Shown here one piece after another: positions 25,559 to 39,349 of a stretch of DNA of 64,000 bases; within the stretch, counting starts at the first letter, position 1, and every line of letters starts with the position of its first letter. Below the pieces are notes generated by a model that was not told the origin of the DNA, ran no database searches, and worked only from the letters and a program-made list of their open reading frames with translations. The DNA lies in NCBI RefSeq assembly GCF_006345805.1, contig NC_043001.1, positions 118,916,001 to 118,980,000 of the forward strand, in the 5' to 3' direction. The position numbers and the translations under genes are program-made. Source of the DNA: Octopus sinensis (lineage: Eukaryota).

Positions 25559-25861
25559 AAATGTCTTAAAATAATTGCTGCGATAAGGCATGCGCAATGA
25601 CATACAGTAACTTCTTTTATACTTGGGAAACATTGCATGTTCTCTTAATTCTACAACGGTTACAACTTATTTTTTATTCTCTTTTTTTTTCAGTTTATAT
25701 CATTCATTTATTGATCATTTTTTTTTTCATATTAAATGCATGTTCTGTCAACAACTGCTTTGCAATATTTCATCTTATAGCTGCCAGCTTTAAGTGTAAT
25801 ATTTTCAACTGTTGCTATTAAATGTTTACATATTCGCATAATGTTACCCACCGACATTTTT

Positions 25862-26600
25862 TATCTTCATAATCTCAAGAAAAAGTAGATATTTTAAAAA
25901 GAAGTTTTCTAGAAATATGCTACAGATGCTGTAGATTCCAGTTTTATACAGAATTTGTTGTGAAAACATTTTCCCGTGGGTGGGGATAGGAGTTTCGGAA
26001 AACTTATCCGAGGTACTTTTGTTTCTTCATAAATTTCAGAAAAGTGGATATTTTTGATAAACTTTTCTACTAATGACTTTTAAAGTGAGTAAATTACGAT
26101 CACATCGAAATTTAATATGAAAAAATGGTGGGCTTGCACACACATACGCACTGATACACATCACATATGTCTACAATATGAAACTTGAAATTTCGAAAAA
26201 AATCTGTGTCAGTATGTCTGTGTGAACGGTCATCATTCTTCTTTTCACATCAAATTCCAATATAGTTATAATTTACACATTCTGAAAGGTATTTGTAGAA
26301 AATTTCATTTAAATATACCCATTTCCCCTAAAGTTACGAGGAAACAAAGCCGAATTTTCTGGGACTCCTCTCATCACCCTCTGGAAAAATGATTTTCATA
26401 ACAAATTCTGATATATTTGGAATCTACACCATCTAAAGCGTATTTGCAGAAACTTTTGTTAAAAATATTCACAAGTGTACCCCACCGATATCGTTTCCTT
26501 ATAACCTCCAGAGAAATGGATATTTTTGATGAAATTTTCTACAAATACCCTTCAGATTGTGTAGAATCCGATTATATCGAAATTTTCTGTGAGAAAATTG
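25862..26600. mobile_element. Old modular foldback/MITE-like element
   Basis: ~25905-26115 is inverted relative to ~26240-26453; the module ttcataa..cag.gaaa.tggatatttt recurs at ~25862, ~26022 and ~26495. Confidence 0.55.
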
Positions 26601-27243
26601 CTTCCCGTGTGTGCCCGTGCGCGTGCGTATCTGTGTGTGTGTGTGTGTGTAGATATATGAAAGAAAATGGAATGAACAACATTCTTTATTTAAGAACACT
26701 ACAATTGTTTCGACACATTTCTACACCCGTAGTATATTGGTGAGATGTTGTGTAACATTATCGTGTTTAAAATGTCCTTCGATAGATCCTACTGTCATTC
26801 CACTCTGTGTGAGAAAACATACCTAAAGTGGTATGTCATGTCCAACAGTTTACAAGCAAAACTAAAACTATGGATAGAGTGACAGACAAAATATAATTAT
26901 AATCGAAATGTAAAATACAGAAATAAACAAATGGGTAAAAGAAAGGGGTCAGGTTGACAATAAATTTTAAGTCTATCTTCATGGCCAGGTTATATGGAAG
27001 AAAGTGCAAAACAGAATAAAGAATAAAATTAAGCACTCAGAAATAATAAAGTGATAAAGTTTCAATACTTATCAACTGTTTCTTTGTTTCTGTGGAGGTG
27101 GCCACATTCTACACTCGAAGCAGCCTTTATTTAAAGTTAGTTTATTGTCGTCTAGTTTTTATATCTTTTTTGGAACAATTTGAAAAAAAAGTTAGCAGGT
27201 ATCCATACATCCAGCCCATATTCATAATACTCTTTCATATACA

Positions 27244-27632
27244 GGAGTGGCTGTGTGGTAAGTAGCTTGCTAACCAACCACATGGTTCCGGGTTCAGTCC
27301 CACTGCGTGGCATCTTGGGCAAGTGTCTTCTGCTATAGCCCCGGGCCGACCAATGCCTTGTGAGTGGATTTGGTAGACGGAAACTGAAAGAAGCCTGTCG
27401 TATATATGTATATATATATAAGTGTGTGTGTATATGTCTGTGTGTCTGGTGTTGTCCCCTAGCATTGCTTGACAACCGATGCTGGGTGTTTACGTCCCCG
27501 TCACTTAGCGGTTCGGCAAAAGAGACCGATAGAATAAGTACTGGGCTTACAAAGAATAAGTCCCGGGGTCGATTTGCTCGACTAAAGGCGGTGCTCCAGC
27601 ATGGCCGCAGTCAAATGACTGAAACAAGTAAA
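27244..27632 (+). mobile_element. Full-length tRNA-headed SINE family B (CORE-like ttgggcaagtgtctt, internal TA/TG microsatellite)
   Basis: A-box gtggctgtgtggtaag, B-box ggttcagtcc; other copies at 12655, 28442, 36021 and 3' tail at ~16390-16440. Confidence 0.9.
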
Positions 27633-27791
27633 GAGAGAGAGAGTACACACCTACAAGTCAGTGAATATTGTTACACACACACACACACCACACACACACA
27701 CACCACACACACACACACACACGCACGCACGCGCACACACACACACACGCACACACACACACACACGCACACACACACACACTCACACACA

Positions 27792-27831
<40 letters not shown>

Positions 27832-28002
27832 AACACACATTTATATATCGCTAAATCTACAAGTTTTTATTCTCTGTTTTCTCATATTCCTTTCAGTTGA
27901 AGACTTTTTCACTTTCCCGAGCGTCAAAATAACACACCTGCTTATTGTTCATACACCTGTCTTCGTCTTTTGTTTTCTGTAAATTAAAACAATATATATA
28001 TA

Positions 28003-28033
<31 letters not shown>

Positions 28034-28441
28034 ATTATAGGATTCATTAGAATCGAGACATATCAATATGTAAGACACCAGAAATTGGTTATGTATAATA
28101 TAGAGATAACAGTGAAATAATACAACAATGCTTACAGAATACTGTAGTTATGTAAATATCAAATCTAATCAATAACCAACGATCCAACTCACCGGTGGAA
28201 TCTTGATGCGGCGTAAGTATGACATAGTAATACACGAATGACGTTTAAATTTGCAGCACCAGTTTCGATAGAAACTTTATTCAATCTAGTCGTAAAGAAT
28301 TACCCCATATTATGCAATTCCGAACAAGTCAAGCTATGTAGGCTATGTCCAGGTTGAAAGTTTAAATTATGCTTAATAAACAGGCAGAATACTGAAACAG
28401 CTGTCGCAAATTTAAACACTATTTGTGTGTTATTATATATA

Positions 28442-28550
28442 TACTTATTCTATCGGTATCTTTTGCCGTACCGCTAAGTTACGGGAAAGTAAACACACCA
28501 ACATCAGTTGTGAAGTGATGGAGGGGGACAAACACAAACACACACACACA

Positions 28551-28581
<31 letters not shown>

Positions 28582-28840
28582 CACGCATACGACAGGCTTC
28601 TTTCAGTTTCCGTCTACCAAATCCACTCGCAAGGCTTTGGTCGGTTCGAGGCTATAGTAGAAGACACTTTCCCAAGGTGCTACGCAGTGGGATTGAACCG
28701 AGAACTATGTGGTTAGGAGGCAAGCTTCTTACCACACAGCCACGCTTGTGGCACCTTGGGCAAGTGTCTTCTACTATAATCTCGGGACGACCAAAGTCTT
28801 GTGATTAGATTTGGCTGACGGAAACTGAAAAGAATCAGTC
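28442..28840. mobile_element. Head-to-head SINE B pair: minus copy 28442-28745 and partial plus copy 28748-28840
   Basis: 28591-28683 is the reverse complement of 28748-28840. Confidence 0.85.
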
Positions 28841-29520
28841 TTATATATGTGTGCGTGTGTATGAATATATATATATATGTGTGTGTGTGTGGGTGTGTAT
28901 GTATATATACATATATACATATATACATAGGGACGCATATATATGTATACACACTCACATATGTATATATATGTATGTATATATATATGTATATATATAT
29001 GCGTAATATGCTTGCTTCTATATACATATATGGATGTATGTGTGTGCGTATTTAGAGATACATATTTATGTAAATACATATACACATACGCACACACACA
29101 CATGCACACATATATATTTGACAGTATCAGTTTAAGAACTTAATAATTGCTATCAAAATGAAACTCACCAGGTTTTTAGGGCACCGCGCATTATAATGCG
29201 TTTATTAATCTGTCTTTACAAACTGCAGCATGTTTCAGTCTTTCCATATTATCGAATGATTTTTGGATAATATCGAAATACTGCAAGGTGTAGGAGTTCG
29301 TAACGAAATAATTGAATAGCATCTATCGATATACGTTAAAAGTCTATTGAACGTAAGCCACTGAGCTGTCGATTCTGAAAGAATTATATCGGGTACATAT
29401 CCACTCATCCATGTAATACTATAAAAAAATTTTGATCAGTCATACGAATAACATGTTGTACCTATAATTCATTGTCTTCGATAGAACTGTCGGTCGGTCA
29501 TGTTACGAATAACATAGATA

Positions 29521-30439
29521 CAAGGGGGCACCCAACAGGTACCGGAATTTTGCAATATTATTTTATTCACTTAGTTTGATACGTTTACACTTTTGTCGCT
29601 TTCAAAATGTTCTCCATTTGAAGCACTGCATTGGTCCAGGCGCGTTTTTCACTATTCAAAGCAGTGCTGGAAATCTTGCGAAATGATGCTTTTAACGCCT
29701 CCGTCGTTTTTTCTTCACCTCTTCCACATCTGCAAATTCCGTAGCACCAGCTCTCGTCACCAGTGATGACCTTCGAAAAAAAAAAAAGATCTGGATCGAT
29801 TTCCAACTGTTCTTTCAGTTCACGACACGCATTCAATCGTGACTGCTTTTGCTTTTTCATGGGTGAGCGAGGCACAAATTTTGCTGCAACTCATTTTATT
29901 CGCAGTTTCTCGCTCAGAATTCATTGACAGGAGCGCCAAGTCACACCAGTCATATCAACAAGTTTGTCAATTGTTCAGTGATGGTCCTCCAAGATCAGTT
30001 CATGAATTTTCGTGATGTTTTCATTCGTTCGGGAGGTTGATGGTCGCCATGAACGAGGTTAGTCTTCACGCGAAAGTGACCATTCCTAAAGTGTGGGAAT
30101 CACTCGTAAACTTCTTTTTTGCTCATGGCAGCGTCCTTGTAAGCTGTTTGAAGCATGACAACTCCGCCATTTTCCCCAGCAGAAAATAGAATTTCACGGA
30201 AGCACGCTGTTCCGTCATTTCAACTGTCGCAAAAATCGACGAACAGGGGAGAAGCACTGCAAAAATAAATAAATAAATATAAAACGACGCATCACGTGGC
30301 TGTATGACTTCACTCTACTACGCCAGTTGGCATACTGATGCCCGAGGATAGTATGAAGTGGCTTCTAGCGGCGGAAGCCTGAACTGCAACGGGCTAGTCC
30401 CACAGAGGACATTTCCGGTTACTTTTGGGTACCCCCTCG
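29521..30439 (-). mobile_element. Internally deleted mariner (irritans/Hsmar2-like TIR), 919 bp, both TIRs and TA TSD
   Basis: TA-caaggggcacccaacaggtaccggaa / ttccggttacttttgggtaccccctcg-TA; minus-strand KVITGDESWCYG joined directly to the C-terminal region. Confidence 0.9.
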
Positions 30440-30698
30440 TATTACAAATGTATTTAATGCATTACATCTTCGGTTTCGTTCCGTAGATTAAGCATCAATA
30501 ACTCTTCTACCCCCCTACTCCTTTCGGTTTGTCTACTGCGGTCATGCTTGATGCAACCGTGATCCTACAGATTATGACTAACTTTCTTAAATGGCCGCCC
30601 ATCAAATTATTAACTAGGCTGGACGTCGTTTAACTGTGATTGAACGAGATCGCTACTTTCAACGTGATATGGCTGTAACTGTCATAAGAATAATATAA

Positions 30699-31400
30699 AT
30701 GTTGAAAAGGCATTCTGCGTTCGTGGATCTCGCTGCCAACCACAGTGATAAGGTGGTCGCCTGCTTCTTGACCATGGCTAGATCCCTCGTGTTGCAGATC
30801 AGGCTAAAAACTGTATGTGATGACATGTCAACTGTGGTCAAGAAAAAGAAACACTCTCAGCTGACTGACGCCATCAAGACTGCCAGACATCTTCCCGAAA
30901 GCCCAGAATCTCACCAATAACAACCACTGTGGGTTAATGAGAGCCATTGTCAAGCAGCTCACGATGACGGAGTTCATTATCAGTCGTGTAGTGCACTAGC
31001 ACTTCAGGTACATATCCCGTTTAATTACGAGAGGACAATTCGTGTCTGGAAAGTTCAAGGATGTCCGTTTGAAGAGTTTATTGGACAAGCGCAAACGAAT
31101 TATAACATTCTTCTGCAATGAAGAGAACTTCAAGTAGGACCAGAGGTTGAAGAGGCGAGGCAAAGGGTGGATCTGCGCAGAAATGCCCATAGTGATGTAC
31201 ACCAAATTCTTGCTGTCTTTTATAATACTGGGGATTACGAGCAACGAGAGCCATGTGAAGCCGTCTCTCTTTTCCCAAAGGGCCCCAGGGCCAATGCCAC
31301 AGTCTGCATGGAAATACTGGATGTAAAGCGGCCAATCAGCAAAACTACCCCTTGCGATCTGGACTGAGGACAGTTTTGATAAACTGTCGATTCTTAGAGT
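30699..31400 (+). mobile_element. maT/DD37D-type (Bmmar1-like) transposase remnant
   Basis: MLKRHSAFVDLAANHSD..KKKKHS N-terminus; FFCNEENF (FSDEKNF); DQRLKRR..WIC..PIVMYTKF; SNESHV; RANATVCMEILD. Confidence 0.75.
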
Positions 31401-32713
31401 TAGCTTGTAAGACATGTGTACCATTCCTCTGAGAGTACGTTGGTGCCATTGTTCACTTCGTGTTAACTTTATGTATGTGTGTGTGTGTGTTTGTGTATAA
31501 CGTTGTTCGCTTAATAAATGTGTGTTTATGCGTGTGTATATGTAACAGATATATGAGTGATCAATAAGGATTCTATATGATTTGCTTCTTTTCTTAGCTA
31601 TTTGCAGCCAGTCGGATTGTTTCTCTTGGTGCAAAAATCTTTTCCATAAAATACAGTATCGATGCACTTCCTTTCATTTATCAAACATAACAACAAGGTC
31701 ACGAAGTAATTTGCTTAAAAATAGGAGACCAGACATGTCCAGATCACAAATTAAAAACATTTCAAATTTTCTTCTTCGAATATTTGTTCTCCTTTCAAAC
31801 TGTAATTTCACCCTGACATGATTACACGTTTCAAAGTTTTACTGTCGAATTCTGTTGTGTCATCATAAGAGCTTTGCTTCGTCTGACGTTGTCGTCTACT
31901 TGTTCACAAATGTCAATGTATTATGTTAAATTGCTGACAAACTTCTAGATGAATGACAGTATCGTCTGTTTCGTTGAAGTTCCATTTCACACATACATTT
32001 ATGTTCCGTAAACCATAAGTTCGTGTATTCTCAATTTTGTAACATTAAGCATGTCAATATAATAAATATTTTTACATTATTTGAAATGACCTGCTTTTGT
32101 CTGACGTCATTCTCTCCATTATCAAATATATTGTATCAAATATTATTGACTTCCGGAATGTTAGGATTCATATGGTTAGCTCGTAGTTGTGTTATTCGGA
32201 TATAATTATTATCATGAATAAAACACACATTTCAGTTATACATGTGTAGTGAGCTTCTTATTTGTATTTCTACAATAGGACGAGAGATGGGGATGTCAGA
32301 TCTCACCAGGCAACCTTATGTCATAACTATCACCATTAGGTACTCAACCGTTAAAATTCTACACATATTTGTATATATACAACCCAACAACTGTGTATGC
32401 ACAGAAGCACCCGCGTATTCAGCAAAATGTAATCACAAAGAAATGGAAAAGACATTGAGGATATATCTATGGATTTGTTCATTTACACATATAAAATGTA
32501 AAAGATCTCACAACTAAAAAGAAATATATATTAACCAAAATAATATGAAAAATTTCACTCCCATAACACACACACACACATACACGCACGCATGCACTTA
32601 CAAAATTTACACATTCTCTCTTTCACATACACACACATCTTACACGCGTGCGCATTTTTGTTTAAATTTTTAAAAATTGCTGATTTCTACAAAAACTATT
32701 TTTTGTAGTAATC

Positions 32714-32797
32714 AACTGGTATATTTTTTGATTGTATAAATATTCCGCCTTTAAGGCGGAATATTTATATAATTTGCAATGAATTCTTTTACCAGTT
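32714..32797. other. Near-perfect palindrome tataaatattccgcctttaaggcggaatatttata with outer aactggta/taccagtt
   Basis: Direct reading; 17 bp perfect arms. Confidence 0.8.
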
Positions 32798-34499
32798 TGG
32801 AATTATTTTTATCCTGAGAAACCAACTAAGACATACATACGTAATACATACATACATACAGACATGCATACAGACATAGATACATAGATACATATACACA
32901 CACATATAAATGTATGTATATATACATATATATATATGTAAATATATTGTATATGTATATTATGTATGTATATATATTTGTATGTATATATATTTATATA
33001 TATGTATATATATACATATATATGTATATAAATATGTATAAATGTTTGTATATACATGTATATGTGTATATATATGTGTAAAAATACATACATACACACA
33101 CACACACCTATATAATATATATTATATTATATATATATATATATATTATATATACATATATATACTTAGATACGTACATACATACACACATACATACATA
33201 CATACATACATACATACATACATACATACATACATACATACATACATACATACATACATACATACATACATACATACATACATACACGCACATATATCGT
33301 CTCTCTCTCCCTCTGTTCTGAATATGTATATAGATATATACAAATAAATCAATGCATCTTCACAATTACAAAAAACAAAAAAAAAAAAACAAAAAAAAAA
33401 CAAGCAAACAAAAAATACAAAACAAAACGCGCACGCGTACACACATTCGGGACGCAGTAAACTCCGATAACTTACGTAACTAAGAATCATTTTGTTAATA
33501 ACAACAATATCGCAACTTGCTTCGTCTTACTCAATACTGAAATGGTAATTGTCGGAGAAAATTATAGTTTCATCTTATTCCTTGTTCTCCTTTGGTTATT
33601 ACAAGATACAACAGAAGCAGCAGTTGTTGTTATTGTTGTTTAATTTCAATTTTATTTATTTATTTTTATGGTGTGGGGGGGGTGATGGTGGTGGTGTTCA
33701 GACTCACATCTCCAATTCATTGGTTCATTTGTTCAACATTAAATTTGTGATGCACACATTTGCACTAAAACGCACTCGTATAATTGCACACACAGGTATG
33801 TACTCATTGACATATGCATGTAAATACACGTATATGCATAAACATGTACACATACACATACATAGCCACACTTTGACTCATTTCATATTTTGCATGCACG
33901 TATGCACATAAACTCTCACACACCTGTACACTCGCACACATTCACACACATACACACTCGTTCAGGTATAAACACGAAAGCATACTCTGAGCATACTCAC
34001 ACGCACTGTCGCACACTTACTCACACACTCACTAATGCTCACAAATATAGTCACAAACGTTCATATATGTATGCACACACAACACACACACTACACACAC
34101 ACATATAAATATATACATATATAAACAAATATATGCGGACTCATATATAAACAATTACACACAGAGATCGATCTGTTAGCTTTTCGAATATAAAACTTGT
34201 TTATATGTTGACTTATATGAGAATCTAAAACAAACATCACCATTAGCAGCAGCAACAACAACAAAAGCAACAGTAACTATGACAGCATAGATGAACCGAC
34301 GAGAGATTAATTGGTCGCTCGACTTTTATTTCATGTTTCAGTTCGGAGAGAAAAGCAGCATCTGTGACACTTTACAAGACATTTAAAACAATTAGGAGAG
34401 AGGAAGAGAAGGAGAGAGGAAGAGAAGGAGGGAGAGAGAGGGACGAAGTTATTTACAAACTGGGGAGCTAGCCTGAATGCTTGCAACAGAGGGCGCTTC

Positions 34500-34830
34500 G
34501 CTAAAGGTACCCAAGTCATCAAATGGTTGTGTTAAATTTGGTGCCGGATTAATTCTATCACACAAGACACTTAAGTCAATCAAGTAGGCCATGGCGTGAT
34601 TTGAACTCAGAATACAAAGAGCCAGAACAATTACCACAAAAATATCCGGTCCAGTATTCGAGCTGTTCCACCTATCCATCGCCTTAGATCGGTACCTTTT
34701 TTTTTCTTTACTAACCCCAACAAAATAAAAGGCAAAAATTGACGTCGATGGTATTTGTGCTTAGAGAGTCGGAACAAATAACTTAATGCCCGACGCTAAC
34801 AATTTTACCAACGCCTCACCATTGATTGAA
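34500..34830 (-). mobile_element. Degraded SINE A fragments
   Basis: tttgaactcagaatac..gaacaattacc and aaaggcaaaaattgacgtcg motifs. Confidence 0.55.
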
Positions 34831-35037
34831 ATAGCATCAAAATTACACTCAAATCATAGCGAACAGTTTTAAAAGAAAACAATGTTAATGTAATTCTAGA
34901 TACACTATCATCGTGGAAAAGAAAGACCGGAAAGACAAGCTGGTCATCATTGGAACGCTTTTGATTATAGATCTGCTCGATGATGGTTGATATGGAGCCA
35001 ACAAATTACTATATTGACAACAATATTCAGAATAAAT

Positions 35038-35616
35038 TAAAGGCGGCGAGCTGGCAGAAACGTCAGCAAGCCGGGCGAAATGCTTAGCGGTATTTCGTCT
35101 GCCGTTACGTTTTGAGTTCAAATTCCGCCGAGGTCGACTTTGCCCTTCATCCTTTCGGGGTCGATTAAATAAGTACCAATTACGCACTGGGATCGATATA
35201 ATCTACTTAATCCGTTTGTCTGTCCTTGTTTGTCCCCTCTGTGTTTAGCCCCTTGTAGGTAGTAAAGAAATAGATATTTCGTCTGCCGCTACGTTCTGAG
35301 TTCAAATTCCTGCCGAGGTCAACTTTGCTTTTCCTCCTTTCGGGGCCGATTAAATAAGTATCAGTTACGCACTGGGGTCGATATAATCGACTTAATCTGT
35401 TTGTCCTTGTTTGTCCTCTCTGTGTTTAGCCCCTTGTGGGTAGTAAAGAAATAGGTATTTCGTCTGCCGCTACGTTCTAAGTTCAAATTCCGCCGAGGTC
35501 GACCTTGCCTTTTATCCTTTCGGAGTCGATAAATTAAGTACCAGTTGCATACTGGGATCGATCTAATCGACTGGACCCTCCTCCAAAATTTCGGGCATTG
35601 TGCCTAGAGAAGAAAG
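35038..35616 (+). mobile_element. SINE family A trimer (head + core-L + core-L + core-T) with 16 bp TSD
   Basis: Units start at 35090, 35274 and 35455; TSD aatattcagaataaat at 35022-35037 and 35617-35632. Confidence 0.9.
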
Positions 35617-35639
35617 AATATTCAGAATAAATACCAATA

Positions 35640-35790
35640 GTATTCCAATGATGAAACAATGATTGGTCCTCCATCAGCTCGACGATAAGCTGTCGCTTGT
35701 TTAGTCAACTGAGCTGCCTAACTCGTAAGTGGCTGAGTATTCCAGGTACGTGTATCTTAAACGTGATTTTCAAGCGGAAACAGCATGTCT
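35640..35790 (-). mobile_element. Partial copy of the SINE at 50259
   Basis: gtggctgagtattcca..cgtgtatcttaa is the reverse complement of ttaaggatacacgt..ggagtgctcagccac. Confidence 0.6.
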
Positions 35791-36020
35791 GTACATGATC
35801 AAATCTTAATTTGTATTTTTTAATTTTCTTCTCGGATAGAGATGGTAAACAAACACCTAACGGCGATTGTTAGCGACTTTGAATGATAGACGATGGATAA
35901 GGAGATAAGTTTAAGAAAACCGCACTAGTTTAGAATGAATCAATGGGCATAGCAAGGAGTTTCTCAACTCCGAATAAGATGTAGGCAATTAGCATTTTTT
36001 ATTTTATTTTTTAAAAATTT

Positions 36021-36411
36021 TACTTGTTTCAGTCATTTTCACTGCGGCCATGCTGGAGCACCGCCTTTTATCAAGCCCGGGACTTATTCTTTGTAAGCCA
36101 GTACTTATTCTATCGGTCTCTTTTGCCGAACCGCTAAGTAACGGGGACATAAACACACCAGTATCGGTTGTCAAGCAATGCTAGGAGGACAAACACAGAC
36201 ACACAAACATACACGCACATACATATATATATATATATATACATACATATATACGACGGGCTTCTTTCAGTTTCCCTCTACCAAATCCACTCAGAAGGCT
36301 TTGGTCGGCCCGAGGCTATAGTAGAAGACACTTGCCCAAGGTGCCACGCAGTGGGACTGAACCCAGAACCATGTGGTTGGTAAACAAGCTACTCACCACA
36401 CATCCACTCCT
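36021..36411 (-). mobile_element. Full-length SINE family B
   Basis: Reverse complement of 27244-27632. Confidence 0.9.
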
Positions 36412-37084
36412 GCGCCTATATATAGTTCAGATAATTCTTGGTCAAAGGTAATTTGCATAAAAAAAGCGAAACGGAGGTAAGAGGAACTCGCTCAAAGGAG
36501 TTCGTGGCATGAATTTGTATAAAGAATATATCATGCACAACATTTAGTAGAACCTGGTCAACTTTGGTAAGTCAATAAAAGGAAGGTAACTCTCTAAAGA
36601 TATGTAACAGACATAATCGTGTGGTGAGCGATACGATTAACAGAGATCGATAAAATGAGTAACAGACGAAGCATTGGGATCGAGATTATCGATTAAAGAA
36701 TAACTTTGAAGGTCAATGCTTCAGTATTGGCGTAGTTTAATGATTAAACCCACTAAATAAAATAAGACTAAAAGAATATAATTTTTTGTCAGTACATCTG
36801 TCTGTGTGTCTATTTGCCTATCTATCTATCTATCATTTAATGTCTGTCTGTCGGCATATATCTTATCTCTGTCCTTCATTCAAATCTACGTCTTTATTCA
36901 GCTATCAATGGTGGGAGCTATTAAAAGAAGAAAATACTATATAAACGAGAAGTTATTGAAAATTGACGAAAATGAGTTTTCGCCATCTTTTCAACACGAT
37001 CTCATTGAAAAAAAATAATAATGAAAGAACGGCTTCCCATTTATACAAATATTCGACATGCTTTTCAACCTCAGCTTCCCCCTT

Positions 37085-37950
37085 CATCATCATCATCATC
37101 GACGTCGTCGTCGTCGTCATCATCTGATTTAATGTCTGTTCATGTTAACATGGGTGAAACTGATCTGACACACATATCACAGTTCGTTTTGCACTTTCAT
37201 TATTTCATCAGTAGGAACCTAGCATCCTGTGATCTGATCTCACTACTTCTTCTTAAACCCTTTTCTGTGTTCCTCTTCGAAGAATATTCAGCTTATGACT
37301 ATTATTTACCCCTTAATCCTTGTCCATTAACATCGTATGTCTAAACCATCACAATCATCTCTCCTGTGTCCATCGACTGCTCATTGTCTTCAACACACAG
37401 TTTTCTTTTTGGTTAACTTTTGCTCTTACTTTTGCACCACAACCTTACACATCTAACGGATGAGATTCAGAGAATTCTATTCTAGCCTCGATATAGCTTC
37501 CATATCTAATGCTCGTGTCTCACCATCAGAAAGTTCTCATCTCTTCGTAGCGTCATGTTGCTTTTATTTCATAAATTTGTACATCCTTTGCACGAGAGCG
37601 AAGCATATAATTGCTTGCAAAGAAAATAGCTCACTCAACTTCTATTAGCCCTTCATTACTCTAGCAACTATAATTTCGTTACGGTCAGCCCAACATTTAT
37701 TATACCACTTACGTATTAGGAAATACTAACTAAAGTCCAATGAGCCGTCTTTCGTTACACGAATTTTATTATCTGCCAAACAGAAACTATCAACTAATGT
37801 CATATGAGCCTTCTAAGTACTTCATAAATATATCTGGAGTTCCCTGTCTAACTGTTAGAGATTCTTCTACATGTATTTTGCATCCATTGTTGACATTAAG
37901 TTCACAGACTTCAGCGCCCAGATTCTTTAATCTCAACATATGAAGTACGT
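37085..37950 (-). mobile_element. Degraded RTE-type LINE 3' end with (GAT)n tail
   Basis: Minus-strand QER*L*WFRHTMLMD (RRLRWFGHV.RM); 3' end acccatgttaacatgaacagacattaaat followed by gat/gac repeats. Confidence 0.6.
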
Positions 37951-38117
37951 CATTTTCAAGACGAAACTCCGAATTGTGTTACCTGTAATCAACTCGCACT
38001 TTCGTCCTCGGAATATCTCGAAACTCTCGTGTGACCCGAACGCTTATCAAATACATACTTAGCAATCAACCAGCGAAGGAATCTCTCTCTCTCCATCTAT
38101 ACACACACACACACACA

Positions 38118-38148
<31 letters not shown>

Positions 38149-38378
38149 CGCACGCACGCACACACACACACACACTCACATACACACACACACAAACACA
38201 CACACATATACACACGCATATATGTATACGAGTATATATATATAAATACCTACATAAATATGTATATATATATATATAAATTTTTACAAATATATACCCA
38301 CTCGTATACGATCTACTCTTATTATAAATATATATATACATACATATATATATATGTACATACACACACACACACGCA

Positions 38379-38431
<53 letters not shown>

Positions 38432-39280
38432 TTATATCTACATATACGCATACATACACACACACATATACGCATATATATACATATTACTTAATATCTG
38501 TGAAAAAAACTCTCACTTGTTATCTTATTTTAATATTCCAGCAGAATGTAGAAAAAAGACTGTCCTTATTCTGTGAAGTTTAAATGAGATCAAAAGTCGC
38601 TACGATGGGAAATAATTAACTTTTTAATGGTATAAATAGCGTACCATCAGATCTAAAACTTATGTCTTCGTTCGCAACAGTTCAGACTGAAAACGAAATC
38701 AAAGCAAGCCATCCAAATATCGTAATAAAGGACAGCTAGTATACGATCACTGCTAGATGATTACTTCCGTATAAAGAAAGTCGAAATGCTTAAGGTACAA
38801 GGACCTCGAAATGCAAATAAATAAAATGTTGGTTATGAGAATAAAAACTGCATCAATAAATTGGTGCAATGATTTATGATACAGAAAAATATGGACATAA
38901 ATATAAATGCTGCATGAGTAGTTTCAACTTTATGCACAATCTAAAAATGTATTCCTCTTATGTACAACACACGTTCTACACAGCACATTTTTAATTCACT
39001 TACACACCGACACCATTGCTTCTCTTATTTCATTTTTAATGAGGGTAAGCCGATTCCATGATCTTTTACAGGGAATCAAGAAAGTTGAACATACCGTTAA
39101 ACCGATCTATCTCGAAGGCTTGCAACAAAGTGAATTTTACTAAAAGCACTCGACATCAGATGGGATTGCAGGTGCACTGTCGTGCCATAGTATGTTTTTT
39201 TAGGTATTTAGCCCAGACAGGGACTATCGTTCTTCAGCTTTCACAACTGTTTATTTCTTCCGGAGAGAAATGAGACCAAG

Positions 39281-39349
<69 letters not shown>

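Noticed and set aside
30996-31667. Longest ORF, 223 aa on the minus strand
   Set aside because: Antisense shadow of the plus-strand maT transposase relic running into a TG microsatellite
32280-32340. AG/GT-bounded open segment (REMGMSDLTRQPYVITITI), phase-compatible with the micro-exon
   Set aside because: Weak donor and no recognisable protein; such phase chains arise easily by chance in 64 kb
35090-35616. Regularly spaced repeats superficially like a CRISPR array
   Set aside because: ~182 bp SINE units without unique spacers, eukaryotic context, no cas genes
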